A stretch of DNA of 64,000 nucleotides from NCBI GenBank assembly GCA_041641305.1, contig JBEPYN010000002.1:544001-608000 (forward strand), written 5' to 3'. A model generated the notes under the pieces. The model was not told the origin of the DNA. It saw only the letters and a list, made by a program, of their open reading frames with translations, and searched no databases. Made by a program: the position numbers and the translations under genes. This DNA is from Nitrososphaerota archaeon. Its GTDB lineage: Archaea > Thermoproteota > Nitrososphaeria_A > Caldarchaeales > Caldarchaeaceae. Of this stretch, positions 28,642 to 39,082 are shown one piece after another (position 1 is the stretch's first letter; each line of letters starts with the position of its first letter).

Positions 28642-30615
28642 TCACTCTCCCCTAAACTCTGGCTTCCTCTTAGCGAAGAACGCCGATATCCCCTCCATAA
28701 AGTCCTTGGTGAATATCAGGTCTGCGAAAAGAATCCTTTCCATCGCCAGTCCTTTGCTCAGGGGAGCTTCACGGGTCATGTATATGAGTTGTTTGACGGC
28801 TCTCACAGCAAGCGGGGGCTGTGCGGCCAGCTTCTCCGCGAGAATCTGAACCTCTTCCTCGAGCTTTTCAGGCTTCACCACCCTGTTCACCAACCCAATC
28901 CTGTATGCTTCTTCCGCTGATATTCGGTTTCCGAACAACATTAGCTCCATGGCCTTGGCTACACCCACCAGCCTCGGAAGCCGCTGTGTCCCGCCCGCGC
29001 CTGGTATAAGCCCGAGGTTGATCTCTGGCTGGCCAAACTCGGACCTGTCAGTCGCTATCCGGATGTCGCATCCTTGGATAAGCTCGCATCCTCCGCCAAG
29101 GGCGTAGCCGTCGATGACCGCTATCACGGGCTTCGGCATCGACTCAATAATATTCATCACCTCCTGGAAAGCTCGTAGAAATTTTTCCGCATCCTGCTTC
29201 GTCTTTATCTCGGTGAAGGCTGTTACGTCGGCGCCGGCTGAGAAGGCTCTTTCACCAGCTCCTCTCAAAACGACCACACGTGTCTCGCTGTCGCTCCAAG
29301 CCTTCAGCAAAGCATCAGTCAACTCCTCAATCATCTTCGGAGTAATTGTGTTGAGGCGATGAGGCCTGTTAAGGATGATTTTTGTCACAGGCGGCTTTCT
29401 TTCAACAATTATCTCCTCGTAGCCTTTCTCGGCGGCTGTGTAGGTGTGAAACCCGGCCCCGGTCTTGACGCCGAGTTTGCCTTGGTTAACAAGCTCCATG
29501 ATCAGTGGGTCGGGCTTGTAAAAGTCGCCGTATCGTTCAGCCGCCTTGGATAAAGCTGCTGCAACTTTGTCGAGGCCCAGCTCGTCGGCGTATTGGAAAA
29601 CGCCCTTGGGCCAGCCGAGGCCCAGCTTCACGCCTGTTTCAACATCCTCAAGAGAGGCGACACCGTTGCGGACAATCCAAGCCGCCGAGTTTATCGCAGG
29701 AGCTATCAGCTCCACCAAGTCAACTTTTTCACCAGCCTCCCGAGGAATGCTCGGCCTCTCATACACACCTCCCCGATACTCGTAAAAGCCTTTACCACTC
29801 TTCAGCCCAAAGCTCCCCCTCTCATAGAGATGCTGAAACTGGGAGCATACCCGAGGTGTGTTCGGGTCTCTCTCCTTGATGGATTTGCTCGCCAGGACGA
29901 TGACGTCTATGCCCGTGTAGTCGGCGAGCTCAAACGCGCCCATGGGGAGGCCGAGGCGGTAACGTAGAGCCGAGTCGATTTCGGTGACGGTATAAACACC
30001 GTCTTCGACGAGCTCGCAGGCGTGGTTGAGAAGAGGCATCAATATACGGTTGACGATGAAGCCCGGCACATCCTTCCTACATATGACAACTGTTTTCCCC
30101 ATCTTTTTACCAATCTCAACAGCTTTTTCCAAAGTCTCTTGAGATGTTTTTTCACCTGCTATGACTTCGAGGAGGGGCATGAGTGGGGGCGGGTTGAAGA
30201 AATGCATGCCCACGACTTTCTCGGGCCTGTTTGTGGCTGAGGCTATCTCAGTTATGGGGAGAGTGCTCGTGTTTGTTGCGAGAATTGCGTGTTGGGGAGC
30301 TTTTTGGCTCAGGACTTGAAAGATGTTCTTCTTTATCTTGATGTCTTCTGGAGCAGCTTCGATAACTAGGTCCGCGTCAACAACCGCTTCAGCCAGATTG
30401 GTCGATGTTTTTATTCTCGCAATCGCCGCGTCAGAGGCCTCCTTCGTAATCCTTTTCTTCTCTACAAACTTCTCCAAGCTCCACCTTATCTTCTCCAGTC
30501 CTTTCGCCAAAAACTCCTCCGCAACATCCACCATCACAACATCAAATCCAGCTAAAGCAGCCACCTCGGCGATACCGTGACCCATAACACCCGCTCCAAC
30601 AACAACTACCTTCAA
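28642..30615 (-). CDS. 3-hydroxyacyl-CoA dehydrogenase / enoyl-CoA hydratase fusion
   Basis: GAGVMGHGIA, TNTSTL, GMHFFNP, PGFIVNR; C-terminal AFSAGAD, ALGGGCE, GQPEINLG. Confidence 0.93.
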   Translation of the reverse strand: MKVVVVGAGVMGHGIAEVAALAGFDVVMVDVAEEFLAKGLEKIRWSLEKFVEKKRITKEASDAAIARIKTSTNLAEAVVDADLVIEAAPEDIKIKKNIFQVLSQKAPQHAILATNTSTLPITEIASATNRPEKVVGMHFFNPPPLMPLLEVIAGEKTSQETLEKAVEIGKKMGKTVVICRKDVPGFIVNRILMPLLNHACELVEDGVYTVTEIDSALRYRLGLPMGAFELADYTGIDVIVLASKSIKERDPNTPRVCSQFQHLYERGSFGLKSGKGFYEYRGGVYERPSIPREAGEKVDLVELIAPAINSAAWIVRNGVASLEDVETGVKLGLGWPKGVFQYADELGLDKVAAALSKAAERYGDFYKPDPLIMELVNQGKLGVKTGAGFHTYTAAEKGYEEIIVERKPPVTKIILNRPHRLNTITPKMIEELTDALLKAWSDSETRVVVLRGAGERAFSAGADVTAFTEIKTKQDAEKFLRAFQEVMNIIESMPKPVIAVIDGYALGGGCELIQGCDIRIATDRSEFGQPEINLGLIPGAGGTQRLPRLVGVAKAMELMLFGNRISAEEAYRIGLVNRVVKPEKLEEEVQILAEKLAAQPPLAVRAVKQLIYMTREAPLSKGLAMERILFADLIFTKDFMEGISAFFAKRKPEFRGE

Positions 30616-30655
30616 ACTATGTCGAGGTAAACATGTGACCTGAGATATTTAATCT

Positions 30656-31885
30656 CTATTGGACGCGGAAAGTCTTCAAAGCCTGCAGCAAGGCGTCTCT
30701 TAAGACTTCCAGCTCCTCCTCTGTGTTGTAGATGTAGAAGCTTGCGCGTGTTGTTGCCGGTATTCCGAGGATTGTGTGGATTGGCATGGCGCAGTGGTGT
30801 CCAGCCCTTACGCAGATACCGTGTTTGTCGAGGTATGTCGCGAGGTCGTGTGGATGAATGTCTGCGAGTGTGAAGGAGACGAGTCCGCATCTGTGCCGCG
30901 GGTTTTCCGGGCCATAGACCTTCGCATACCTTATCTCGGACAATATTTCCAAAGCTTTTGCGGTCAACCTGTGTTCATGCTCCTGCACATTCTCCATACC
31001 AATCCTCTTCAGGTAATCAATCGCTGCGCCAAGCCCTACCGCGCCCGCTATGTTCGGTGTGCCTGCCTCAAACTTCCATGGGACATCATTCCACAGGCTG
31101 TGGTCGAGGTGGACCTCCCTTATCATCTCGCCTCCTCCTTGGAAAGGCTCCATCTCCTCGAGCAGCTCACGTCGTCCATACAGAACGCCGATGCCCGTGG
31201 GCCCAAGCATCTTATGGCCGCTGAAAGCAAGCAAGTCGCATTCCATGTCCGTCACGTTGACCGGCATGTGGGGAACTGACTGAGCCGCATCAACTACGGC
31301 CAAGGCACCATGCTCATGCGCCATTCGGCAGAGCGTTTTAGCATCGTTTATAGTTCCCAGAACGTTTGAGGCTTGCGTGAAGCTGAAAATGTCGGCGCCT
31401 CTCAGCTTCTTATCAGCTTCGGATAGGTCGAGATAGCCTTGGTCGTCGAAGGGGATGTAATCTATTTTGAGACGGTTGATTTTTGCGACCAGCTGCCAAG
31501 GCACGATGTTGCTGTGATGCTCCATCGTGGTCAGGACAATTTTTCCACCCGGCTTAACCCTGTTCAACCCGAGGCTGTAGGCCGCGAGGTTTAGAGCCTC
31601 GGTCGTGTTCCGGACGAAAACAATCTCTCTGCTACTGCGTGCACCGATAAATTCTGCAACCTTTTTCCTCGCGTTTTCATACGCCTCCGTGGCCTCGACG
31701 CTTATCCCATAAACGCCCCGGTGCACGTTGGCGTTCATCTTCCTGTAAAACTCGGCCACCGCCTCTATTACTTGGACAGGTTTTTGGCTTGTCGCGGTGC
31801 TGTCGAGATAGATGAGGTTCTTGTTTGTTTGGAAGATGGGGAAATCTTTTCTGATGCTGTAGGGGTCGAGACCCGTCGAGGCCAT
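30656..31885 (-). CDS. sufS: SufS-type cysteine desulfurase
   Basis: YLDSTATSQKP, EHHSN, DAAQS, SGHKMLGPTG, FEAGTP, RAGHHCA. Confidence 0.95.
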   Translation of the reverse strand: MASTGLDPYSIRKDFPIFQTNKNLIYLDSTATSQKPVQVIEAVAEFYRKMNANVHRGVYGISVEATEAYENARKKVAEFIGARSSREIVFVRNTTEALNLAAYSLGLNRVKPGGKIVLTTMEHHSNIVPWQLVAKINRLKIDYIPFDDQGYLDLSEADKKLRGADIFSFTQASNVLGTINDAKTLCRMAHEHGALAVVDAAQSVPHMPVNVTDMECDLLAFSGHKMLGPTGIGVLYGRRELLEEMEPFQGGGEMIREVHLDHSLWNDVPWKFEAGTPNIAGAVGLGAAIDYLKRIGMENVQEHEHRLTAKALEILSEIRYAKVYGPENPRHRCGLVSFTLADIHPHDLATYLDKHGICVRAGHHCAMPIHTILGIPATTRASFYIYNTEEELEVLRDALLQALKTFRVQ

Positions 31886-31926
31886 GCATTATCTATATCT
31901 TGGAGGGATTTAGCTTCTTGTTTACA

Positions 31927-33753
31927 TCACGGACCATATTTGGGCCTCTTTGAAAGCTCTATCGGCAGTGTCAAAGGCCTGAAGGGGTAGTCTTTCGTCT
32001 CTTTCTGAATCTGTTTGATGAGTGAGTGGAGACGCATTTGTTTGACTTCCTTCCGTCCTCTGATGCGTAGTGCGAGTGTTCCCGACTTGGCCTCCTTTGG
32101 CCCAAGTGTGGCTACATAGGGTATCCAGCTTGTCTCAGCCTCGTAGACTTTCTTGGCGAGTGTTTCGGGTCTGTCGTCTACGTCTACGCGGATATTGTGT
32201 TGTGTGATTTTTTCGGCAAGCTTGACGGCGCGTTTGTTGTATTTTTCGTTGAGCGGCAGTATGCGGAGCTGTGTTGGGCAAAGCCATGTGGGTAGTGTCG
32301 GCGGGTTCTTGCTTAACGCAGTGTCTACAACAGCGTATAGGTATCTTTCGACGGTTCCTATTAACGCCGAGTGAAGAATGACAGGATACTTCTTTTCACC
32401 GTTTTTGTCAACATATGTTATGCCGAACCTCTCGGCGTTTCCGACGTCTATCTGAACCGTGCCTATTTCACGTGGTCGCCCAAACTTGTCTATGATGTGG
32501 TACTCGATGTTAAGCACCCAGTAGTAGGAGCTGTTCTCAGGGTAGAAGGAGAGCAGCACGGGTTTCTTCTCCCTCTTGAGCAGTTTCCGGAAAAAGTCCC
32601 GGTTTTCTTCGAAGAACCTTCTCGAGGTAAGGTTATACAACGAGTAGTAGTCACGGCCGAGTTTCTCGATCTCCCGGTAAATCTTGTCATGTATTCTCTC
32701 GACCATTTGGAGGGCTTCTGGGATGTCGCGGCAGAAGACATGTAGGTCTGGCATGGACATTTTTCGCAGCCTGAAGCCGAGGACAAGCTCTCCTCTTTGC
32801 TCGAGCCTGTAGCTGTCCGCGACCTCGAACATTCCGAAAGGCAGGCTCCTGTAGCTGATCACCCAGTTACGCGCCAGAGCAAACTGCTGGAAACAAGCCG
32901 CGTAACGCATCACATAAGGCCTGCCATCCACCTCAACCCTGTACATTCTTTGGCCGAAGAGGCTGGCGTGTTCGCGGATGGGTCTGCTCTCGAGGCTGAA
33001 GAGGTTTGTTCCCTTGACAAAGTAGACAGGGAACCCGAGTTCTCTGACAATTTTTGAGGCATAATCTGATATCAGGTCGTAGACGATTGCGCCCTCGGGG
33101 CCGTAGTGCATGTGGCCGCTGTCGGAGAGCTCCTCCCAGTCGATGCCCAGCCTCTTCAAAACCTTGCCGTGCTCAGGCTCCGTCACCTCGTTCAACCCCT
33201 TGCCGAGCGCCTCTTTCTCAACAAGCACAGCCAATCCATCGGGTATGCGGGAGAGAGCCTCCTCGGGTTTGAGAAGCTCCCCATCAGGGGTCAAGACCAT
33301 GTAGCTCTTCTCAACCACGGTGGCCTGCTTCTGCTGTAGCGTGGCTTGGGTGAAGACCCTTGAACGCTCCGCAAGAGGATGGCCTTTGACGGATATTGTG
33401 AGAGTCTTGTTCCAGCCGAAAGGCGAGCGATGAACCTCAACCCCACGCTCCCTCGCCAACTTCTCCATCAGAGCAAGAACCTCCACAGCGTGCTCCGGCC
33501 TAGCCAGCTCACGGGAAAGATGCGCAAAAGGGTAGATGACGAGCCTCGGAATCTTTAGACGCTTCATGAACTCGACCGCGTCATCCACAGCGGCCTCAGC
33601 AACTCTTTCATCATCCTCGGGCTCCACAGAAGTCAACAACACATAGGCATCCTCAACCCGCACAGGCTCGGGAGAAGCCTCATCCACAACAGACGACTCC
33701 TTCTTCACAGGACGGTACTCGACAAAATCCACGTGAAGACCCAGAATCCTCAA
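31927..33753 (-). CDS. thrS: Threonyl-tRNA synthetase (archaeal editing domain plus catalytic core)
   Basis: IYPFAHLS, SPFGW, GHPLAERS, YAAC, YRLEQRGE, PDLH, ILHSA..GTVER; likely TTG start 33753. Confidence 0.95.
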   Translation of the reverse strand: MRILGLHVDFVEYRPVKKESSVVDEASPEPVRVEDAYVLLTSVEPEDDERVAEAAVDDAVEFMKRLKIPRLVIYPFAHLSRELARPEHAVEVLALMEKLARERGVEVHRSPFGWNKTLTISVKGHPLAERSRVFTQATLQQKQATVVEKSYMVLTPDGELLKPEEALSRIPDGLAVLVEKEALGKGLNEVTEPEHGKVLKRLGIDWEELSDSGHMHYGPEGAIVYDLISDYASKIVRELGFPVYFVKGTNLFSLESRPIREHASLFGQRMYRVEVDGRPYVMRYAACFQQFALARNWVISYRSLPFGMFEVADSYRLEQRGELVLGFRLRKMSMPDLHVFCRDIPEALQMVERIHDKIYREIEKLGRDYYSLYNLTSRRFFEENRDFFRKLLKREKKPVLLSFYPENSSYYWVLNIEYHIIDKFGRPREIGTVQIDVGNAERFGITYVDKNGEKKYPVILHSALIGTVERYLYAVVDTALSKNPPTLPTWLCPTQLRILPLNEKYNKRAVKLAEKITQHNIRVDVDDRPETLAKKVYEAETSWIPYVATLGPKEAKSGTLALRIRGRKEVKQMRLHSLIKQIQKETKDYPFRPLTLPIELSKRPKYGP

Positions 33754-33863
33754 GCCCTGCAATACTCGAGAAGCCACGGTATTTAAACCAGCCAACCAGC
33801 GGCACACACCCCTCAGCGAGGTTAATGACAATCCTTATGAACCTCCACCCAATTCATGTTTCT

Positions 33864-34346
33864 ATGGGTAAGCAGGGTAAAGCTATAGTAAAGGCGCCGG
33901 TTGACGAGGTGATATCAGACCTTCTCAAGGCCTATGCAGACGAGTGGCTTGCACACTATCAGTACTGGGTTGCCGCCGTGACTTTGAAGGGTGTGGACGC
34001 TGACACGTTTAGACCAGTTTTGATGGAGATGTCCCAGCACGAGCTTAAACACGCTGAGAAACTGGCCAGAAGAATAATCCAGCTTGGTGGAAAACCTGTA
34101 CTGGAGTTCGATAAACTTTTGGCCACCAGCGGATGCGGCTACATTCCCCCGCCCGAGGACCCCACCAATTACGAGCAGCTGATTAAGGATATTTTGAAGG
34201 CGGAGGAGTGTGCCATCAAGTTTTACAGCAAGATGATTGAGAAGTATCGTTTGACAGATGTCGTCACCCATGAGCTGTTCGAGGAGCTTCTAGAGGACGA
34301 GGTGGAGGATGAACAGAAATGGGAAGATTTTCTCGCCAAGCTCTAA
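33864..34346 (+). CDS. DPS-like (thioferritin) protein
   Basis: KAYADEWLAHYQY, ELKHAE, RIIQLGG, Cys pair SGC / EECAI, EDEVEDE. Confidence 0.88.
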   Translation: MGKQGKAIVKAPVDEVISDLLKAYADEWLAHYQYWVAAVTLKGVDADTFRPVLMEMSQHELKHAEKLARRIIQLGGKPVLEFDKLLATSGCGYIPPPEDPTNYEQLIKDILKAEECAIKFYSKMIEKYRLTDVVTHELFEELLEDEVEDEQKWEDFLAKL

Positions 34347-34387
34347 CCTAAATAAGCCTCCTATCCATCATTCTTGTAGGCGATGGT

Positions 34388-35626
34388 TTGAAGGTTGCGC
34401 TTGTGCAGAGGCTGGACAGCTGGGCCGATTACAACCTCGATGAGTTGGAGGAGCTGTGCAGGTCGGCTGGCTACACTCCTGTGTATAAGCTGGTTCAACG
34501 GAGGCCTCCGCACAGCAAATACATGATAGGGCCGGGCAAGGTTGAGGAGCTACGCCGCGCGGTCAAGTCTCTAAAAATTGAGAAAATTGTTACGGAAAAC
34601 GAGTTGAAGCCTGTTCAGGAATACAACCTCGCCAAGGCCTTATCAATACCAGTGATTACGAGGACACAGCTCATTCTCGAAACCTTCGCCCGACGAGCAG
34701 CCTCAACCGAGGCCAAGCTCCAGATAAAGCTGGCCGAGCTTCAGTACGAGTTGTCGAGGGCTAAGGAGAAGGTGAGGCTTGCGAAGAAGGGTGAGCAGCC
34801 CGGGTTCCACGGCCTCGGCGCATATGAGGCGGATGTCTACTACAACGAGGTTTTCAGACGAATCGTCACAATCAAGCAGAAGCTAAAGCAGATTAGGATG
34901 AGGAAGAACCTTGTGAGGCAGAGGAGGTTAGAGGGTGGGCTTCCCATAGTAGCTTTATCGGGTTACACAAACGCTGGCAAAACAACGCTGTTCAACAGGT
35001 TCTCCGGCGAAGAGCATCCCGCCGGCTCCCAGCTTTTCACCACATTATCCACGACTGCGCGAATAGTGAGGTTCAGAGGCAGAAAAGCTTACTTGAGCGA
35101 CACGGTAGGGTTCATCAAAAACCTTCCCCACCTACTGGTTGAATCTTTCCACTCAACCCTAAGCGAGTTCATCTACGCCGACCTCCTGCTACTCGTTGTA
35201 GACATCAGCGAAGAAAAGTCGGTGGTCGAGACCAAGCTAAACACGTGTTTAAAGGTGCTCGATGAAGTGGGTGTCAAAAACGTGCCGATACTTGTCGTCT
35301 TCAACAAGATAGATATGGCGGAAGATTACCGGGCAAAGATTGAGAGCATAAACCCCGAGTTCCGCTACGTGGCTGTGTCGGCTCACACGGGGCAGGGGCT
35401 TGATGAATTGGAGGAGGCTGTCGCCGATATGATGGGCGGCTACATACGTGTAAGGGCTCAGCTTGAGGATGGGCATACCACTCCGTCTCTGCTAAACGAG
35501 ATAAAACAGTTCTGCAACGTTTTGAAAATCGAGTACAACAGCTCAGGCTACGAGATCGAGTGTGAAACACCGCTTCAGCTTGCCGAGAAGATTAAGAGGC
35601 TGGCGGCCGAGTTTCATGTCGTTTAA
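34388..35626 (+). CDS. hflX: GTPase HflX
   Basis: IGPGKVEE, GYTNAGKT, LFTTL, DTVGFI, NKID, VSA. Confidence 0.95.
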   Translation: MKVALVQRLDSWADYNLDELEELCRSAGYTPVYKLVQRRPPHSKYMIGPGKVEELRRAVKSLKIEKIVTENELKPVQEYNLAKALSIPVITRTQLILETFARRAASTEAKLQIKLAELQYELSRAKEKVRLAKKGEQPGFHGLGAYEADVYYNEVFRRIVTIKQKLKQIRMRKNLVRQRRLEGGLPIVALSGYTNAGKTTLFNRFSGEEHPAGSQLFTTLSTTARIVRFRGRKAYLSDTVGFIKNLPHLLVESFHSTLSEFIYADLLLLVVDISEEKSVVETKLNTCLKVLDEVGVKNVPILVVFNKIDMAEDYRAKIESINPEFRYVAVSAHTGQGLDELEEAVADMMGGYIRVRAQLEDGHTTPSLLNEIKQFCNVLKIEYNSSGYEIECETPLQLAEKIKRLAAEFHVV

Positions 35627-36080
35627 CGAGTTTCTGCTGCGTCAGGTGAGGCAGCTCGCGTCTTTCCAGTTCGGTGTAGCTGGGGAGCTGTTTTTCCCCG
35701 AAGGCTGCGTGGTCGAGGTTTCACCTTCCACGGGGAGGCCTCGGCGAGTCTGGCTCGAGGGAAAATGCGTAGCAACCATCAGGGCCACAGATGGTTGGCT
35801 GACGCTCACGGTTTTAGGGGCTCAGCGGTTAAACGCTCTCCTCGAGAGAGGTAGGAACAGGGTTGTGGTAAGCAACGAGGGCGCTGAACGGGTTGCTGCG
35901 GGCTACGATGTACAAGCTGGTTACGTGGTTGAGGCTGATGCGTCGATTATACCGGGTATGGAGGTGCTTGTTGTTGACAGAGATTATAGGCTTCTCGGTG
36001 TCGGTAAAGCGGTTGTCGCAGGTGTTGAGATGACGGAGCTTCGCCGTGGAGCGGTTGTAAAGGTTAGGCATAAGGTTTAA
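35616..36080 (+). CDS. PUA-domain protein (ArcTGT C-terminal-like)
   Basis: FQFG, SPSTGRPR, ATIRATDG, PGMEVLVVD..LLGVGKA..VKVRH. Confidence 0.85.
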   Translation: MSFNEFLLRQVRQLASFQFGVAGELFFPEGCVVEVSPSTGRPRRVWLEGKCVATIRATDGWLTLTVLGAQRLNALLERGRNRVVVSNEGAERVAAGYDVQAGYVVEADASIIPGMEVLVVDRDYRLLGVGKAVVAGVEMTELRRGAVVKVRHKV

Positions 36081-36107
36081 ACATGGTATAGTGGGGGGTA
36101 TGGTGAT

Positions 36108-36476
36108 TTGAAGAGGCTCAGTCCCCGTGAGATGAGACGTGCACAGGAGAGGATGCTGAAGAGCCTCGGCCTCAACGTTGAGGAGATAGGGCAAGCTGAC
36201 GAGGTCGTCATCAAACTTGGTGAACGCGTGATCACGTTGAAGGGGCCGCTAGTCTATGCTGTCAAAACAGGAGGCGAAAAAGTTTTCCAGATAATTGGCG
36301 GAGAAGAGGTGGCGGCGCAGGTGGAGGAGACGAAGCCTGTTTACATGCCGTCGGAGGAAGATGTTTCGCTGGTGATGGCGCAGACAGGCGTGTCAGAGGA
36401 TGAGGCGAAGAAAGCGCTTGTCGAATCGGGAGGAGACCTAGCCAAAGCCATCCTAATACTCCGCTCAAGAAGATAA
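36108..36476 (+). CDS. nac: Nascent polypeptide-associated complex protein
   Basis: SPREMRR, NAC barrel, UBA-like EEDVSLVMAQTGVS..GDLAKAI. Confidence 0.93.
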   Translation: MKRLSPREMRRAQERMLKSLGLNVEEIGQADEVVIKLGERVITLKGPLVYAVKTGGEKVFQIIGGEEVAAQVEETKPVYMPSEEDVSLVMAQTGVSEDEAKKALVESGGDLAKAILILRSRR

Positions 36477-38042
36477 GACGACAAGCGGCCGCAGGTCCAG
36501 CAGCTCCTCGGCCTCTTTCACATTCATTTTTGCGACCAATCCGCCTGTGAAATACCGGGCAAGCTCACGGGCTTCATTTGACGAAGCAGGGACGACATCA
36601 GAGGAATACTGTGCATCACCGGTCATACGCTCGACCTCGCGCACTCCGAGAGACAGCTCATCGAGCCTCTTCATCCTGTCCGCCGCTCTTCTACTCGCTC
36701 TGCTTCCCAGAAGAACCACAACATCATCCACGCCGCTGCATTCTTGTGCAGCCTTCCTCACTAGCTCAACTCTGCCAAAGCCCTGCTTGGTGACAAGCTG
36801 CTCAACACCCACAAGAGACACAACATACGAGCCTTCTTCCCCTGGCCAGAAACGCTGCAAAAACCGTTTTTTCGCGGTGAAGGCGGCTACAACCGTCTCC
36901 ACCGTCTCGTTCAAATTGTCCCAGAATTTTCTTTCAGAGTTCCCAGACTTGAGGAAGAGGTTTAGCATGTTTATGGAGGCTTTTCCAGAAATAATCCCCG
37001 CCTCACCGAAGGGATGGCCCTCCGAGGAAACCGCCCCACGGGCCATAACAAGCAGAAAACCATCAACCGGCTGCATAACCGTTTTGTCAAAAGGCCGAAT
37101 AACGCTTATTTCCGCTTCAGCCAACCAGTTTGAAGTGTTTTCCCGCGGCTCTGAGTAGAAAATGGAGAGCCTCCTCCCAAACATGCGCACCGAATCAGAC
37201 AAGAGCATTAGCATGTCTTCGTTCATGTCAGGGTCTCGCAAAACCACCTCAGCCTCAACACCCCCAACCTCGCCGATAACCGTCCTCACCAAATCGGGGA
37301 GATACAGACGCGAATAGACGCTGAAGCACCATGTCTCCAAACCCTCAAAATCAATAGTGCCCAGGAGATATAGTCGAGCCGCTTCCCTCGGCAGAATCTT
37401 GTGAACAACATATTCTCTGAAAACCGATGCAGAGGTTGTCGCCATTAGAGACATGAAATTTCTTTGACCACGGTTCTCGCTAAGCATCCTATCGACATCG
37501 GCGACGGGCATGCCCAGCCTCGCCAGCTTATTCCTATGCTCCAGCAACCCATGCTCGACAAGTAACGCGTTGACCATCTCCCGTATTAAGGGGGCGGAGA
37601 GCTCGCCGAGCTTAAGCTCCTCAAGCTTCTCCTCAAACAGTTTAACAATCTTATCCGCGGCCTTCGGAGGCATAGACGCCTCCTCCACAAGAACTCTCGC
37701 AATCTTGTTTCTGTCAAAATCTTCAAGAAACATATCAGACCTCCGAACCTTAATCCTTTGGGAGATCCTCTCCCTCATCTCATTCAAGATTTTCAGAACC
37801 TGTGCACCCTTTGTCGTCAACTCATAGCTTTTGGTGTGACGGTTGACCGTTATCAAGCCTGCGGCATAGAGCATCTTAAGATGATGCGCAAACTTTCCGG
37901 CGTCGCTCTTCTTATCCATTCCGAGAACATGCATCAACTCGGTGTAATTCAGCGAGCTTTTCTCCAGCTGCCTAAGGATATTAATCCTATTGGGTGAAGC
38001 TAATGATTTGAATATTTTAGCGTCATCGATTGCTTCGCTCAT
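36465..38042 (-). CDS. ArsR-type wHTH + ATP-cone + degenerate class III RNR (NrdD)-like fusion
   Basis: FKSLASPNRINIL..FAHHLKML (wHTH); KVRRSD..EDFDRNKI..SAPLIREMVN (ATP cone); RLGMPV; remnants SINM, SLVGVE, YFTGG. Confidence 0.7.
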   Translation of the reverse strand: MSEAIDDAKIFKSLASPNRINILRQLEKSSLNYTELMHVLGMDKKSDAGKFAHHLKMLYAAGLITVNRHTKSYELTTKGAQVLKILNEMRERISQRIKVRRSDMFLEDFDRNKIARVLVEEASMPPKAADKIVKLFEEKLEELKLGELSAPLIREMVNALLVEHGLLEHRNKLARLGMPVADVDRMLSENRGQRNFMSLMATTSASVFREYVVHKILPREAARLYLLGTIDFEGLETWCFSVYSRLYLPDLVRTVIGEVGGVEAEVVLRDPDMNEDMLMLLSDSVRMFGRRLSIFYSEPRENTSNWLAEAEISVIRPFDKTVMQPVDGFLLVMARGAVSSEGHPFGEAGIISGKASINMLNLFLKSGNSERKFWDNLNETVETVVAAFTAKKRFLQRFWPGEEGSYVVSLVGVEQLVTKQGFGRVELVRKAAQECSGVDDVVVLLGSRASRRAADRMKRLDELSLGVREVERMTGDAQYSSDVVPASSNEARELARYFTGGLVAKMNVKEAEELLDLRPLVVLSS

Positions 38043-38127
38043 CTCGAGACACATAGACCCGTCTGCACCTGCTTATTGGCTTATCGTTTCAAGGTTAAAA
38101 TCAGACTATCTAGTCTTGGGGTGCGTG

Positions 38128-39060
38128 GTGAAGTTGAGGCATTTCTTGGAGGTCGGCGACCTCAAGCCCAAAGAAATAGACGCAATTGTTTCTGCTGCAC
38201 TGCGTTGGAGAAAACGTGGATACCCGAAGACAAAGCCTCTCCGCGACAAAACAGTTGTTCTCGTTTTTCAGAAGCCTTCGACGAGGACACGTGTATCTTT
38301 TCAGGCTGCTGTGGCTAAACTGGGAGGTGAGTCGATGTATCTCGGCTGGAGCGAGCTTCAGCTGGGCCGCGGAGAATCTGTTGAGGACACTGGCAAGGTT
38401 CTGGCGAGATATGTTGATTGCATAGTTGCGCGTGTGTTCGGCCACGGCGACTTGGTGGAGCTGGCTAAAAACGGACGCATACCTGTGGTCAACGCGCTCA
38501 GCGACAGGCATCACCCATGTCAGGCTTTGGCCGACCTCATGACCATTTACATGTATTCGAAGAAACCGTATCAGTCGAAAGTGGCTTTCGTTGGCGACGG
38601 AAACAACGTATGCGTCTCGCTTATGCAGGTTTGTGCGGCGGCGGGTGTTGACATAGCGGTGGCCACTCCACCGTCATACAGGCCGCCGGAAGAGGAGGTG
38701 AAGAAGGCTCTCAAAGTCGCTGAGGAAACAGGGTCCAGCATCATCTTGACAGACGACCCAAGTGAAGCCGTTAGAAACGCCGACTTTGTCTACACAGATG
38801 TCTTTGTCTCGATGGGTCAGGAACAGGAGCGGAACAAGAAACTAGCCGACTTCCTCCCAACCTACCAAGTCAACACCGCGTTGATGTCACGGGCCAAGCC
38901 AACGGCCAAGTTCATGCACTGCATGCCCATGCACCTCGGCGAAGAAGTCACACCCGAAGTAGCCTATGGGCCACAATCCGTGATTTACGACCAGGCCGAG
39001 AACAGGATGCACACCGAGGCAGCGCTGCTCGCCTATCTTCTGCGAGGTAGGGTTAAATAG
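38128..39060 (+). CDS. argF: Ornithine carbamoyltransferase
   Basis: KPSTRTRVSF, HPCQALAD, GDGNNV, DVFVSMG, HCMP, QAENR; likely start about 38128. Confidence 0.95.
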   Translation: MKLRHFLEVGDLKPKEIDAIVSAALRWRKRGYPKTKPLRDKTVVLVFQKPSTRTRVSFQAAVAKLGGESMYLGWSELQLGRGESVEDTGKVLARYVDCIVARVFGHGDLVELAKNGRIPVVNALSDRHHPCQALADLMTIYMYSKKPYQSKVAFVGDGNNVCVSLMQVCAAAGVDIAVATPPSYRPPEEEVKKALKVAEETGSSIILTDDPSEAVRNADFVYTDVFVSMGQEQERNKKLADFLPTYQVNTALMSRAKPTAKFMHCMPMHLGEEVTPEVAYGPQSVIYDQAENRMHTEAALLAYLLRGRVK

Positions 39061-39082
39061 GTCGCGAGACCGCTGAAAAGGC

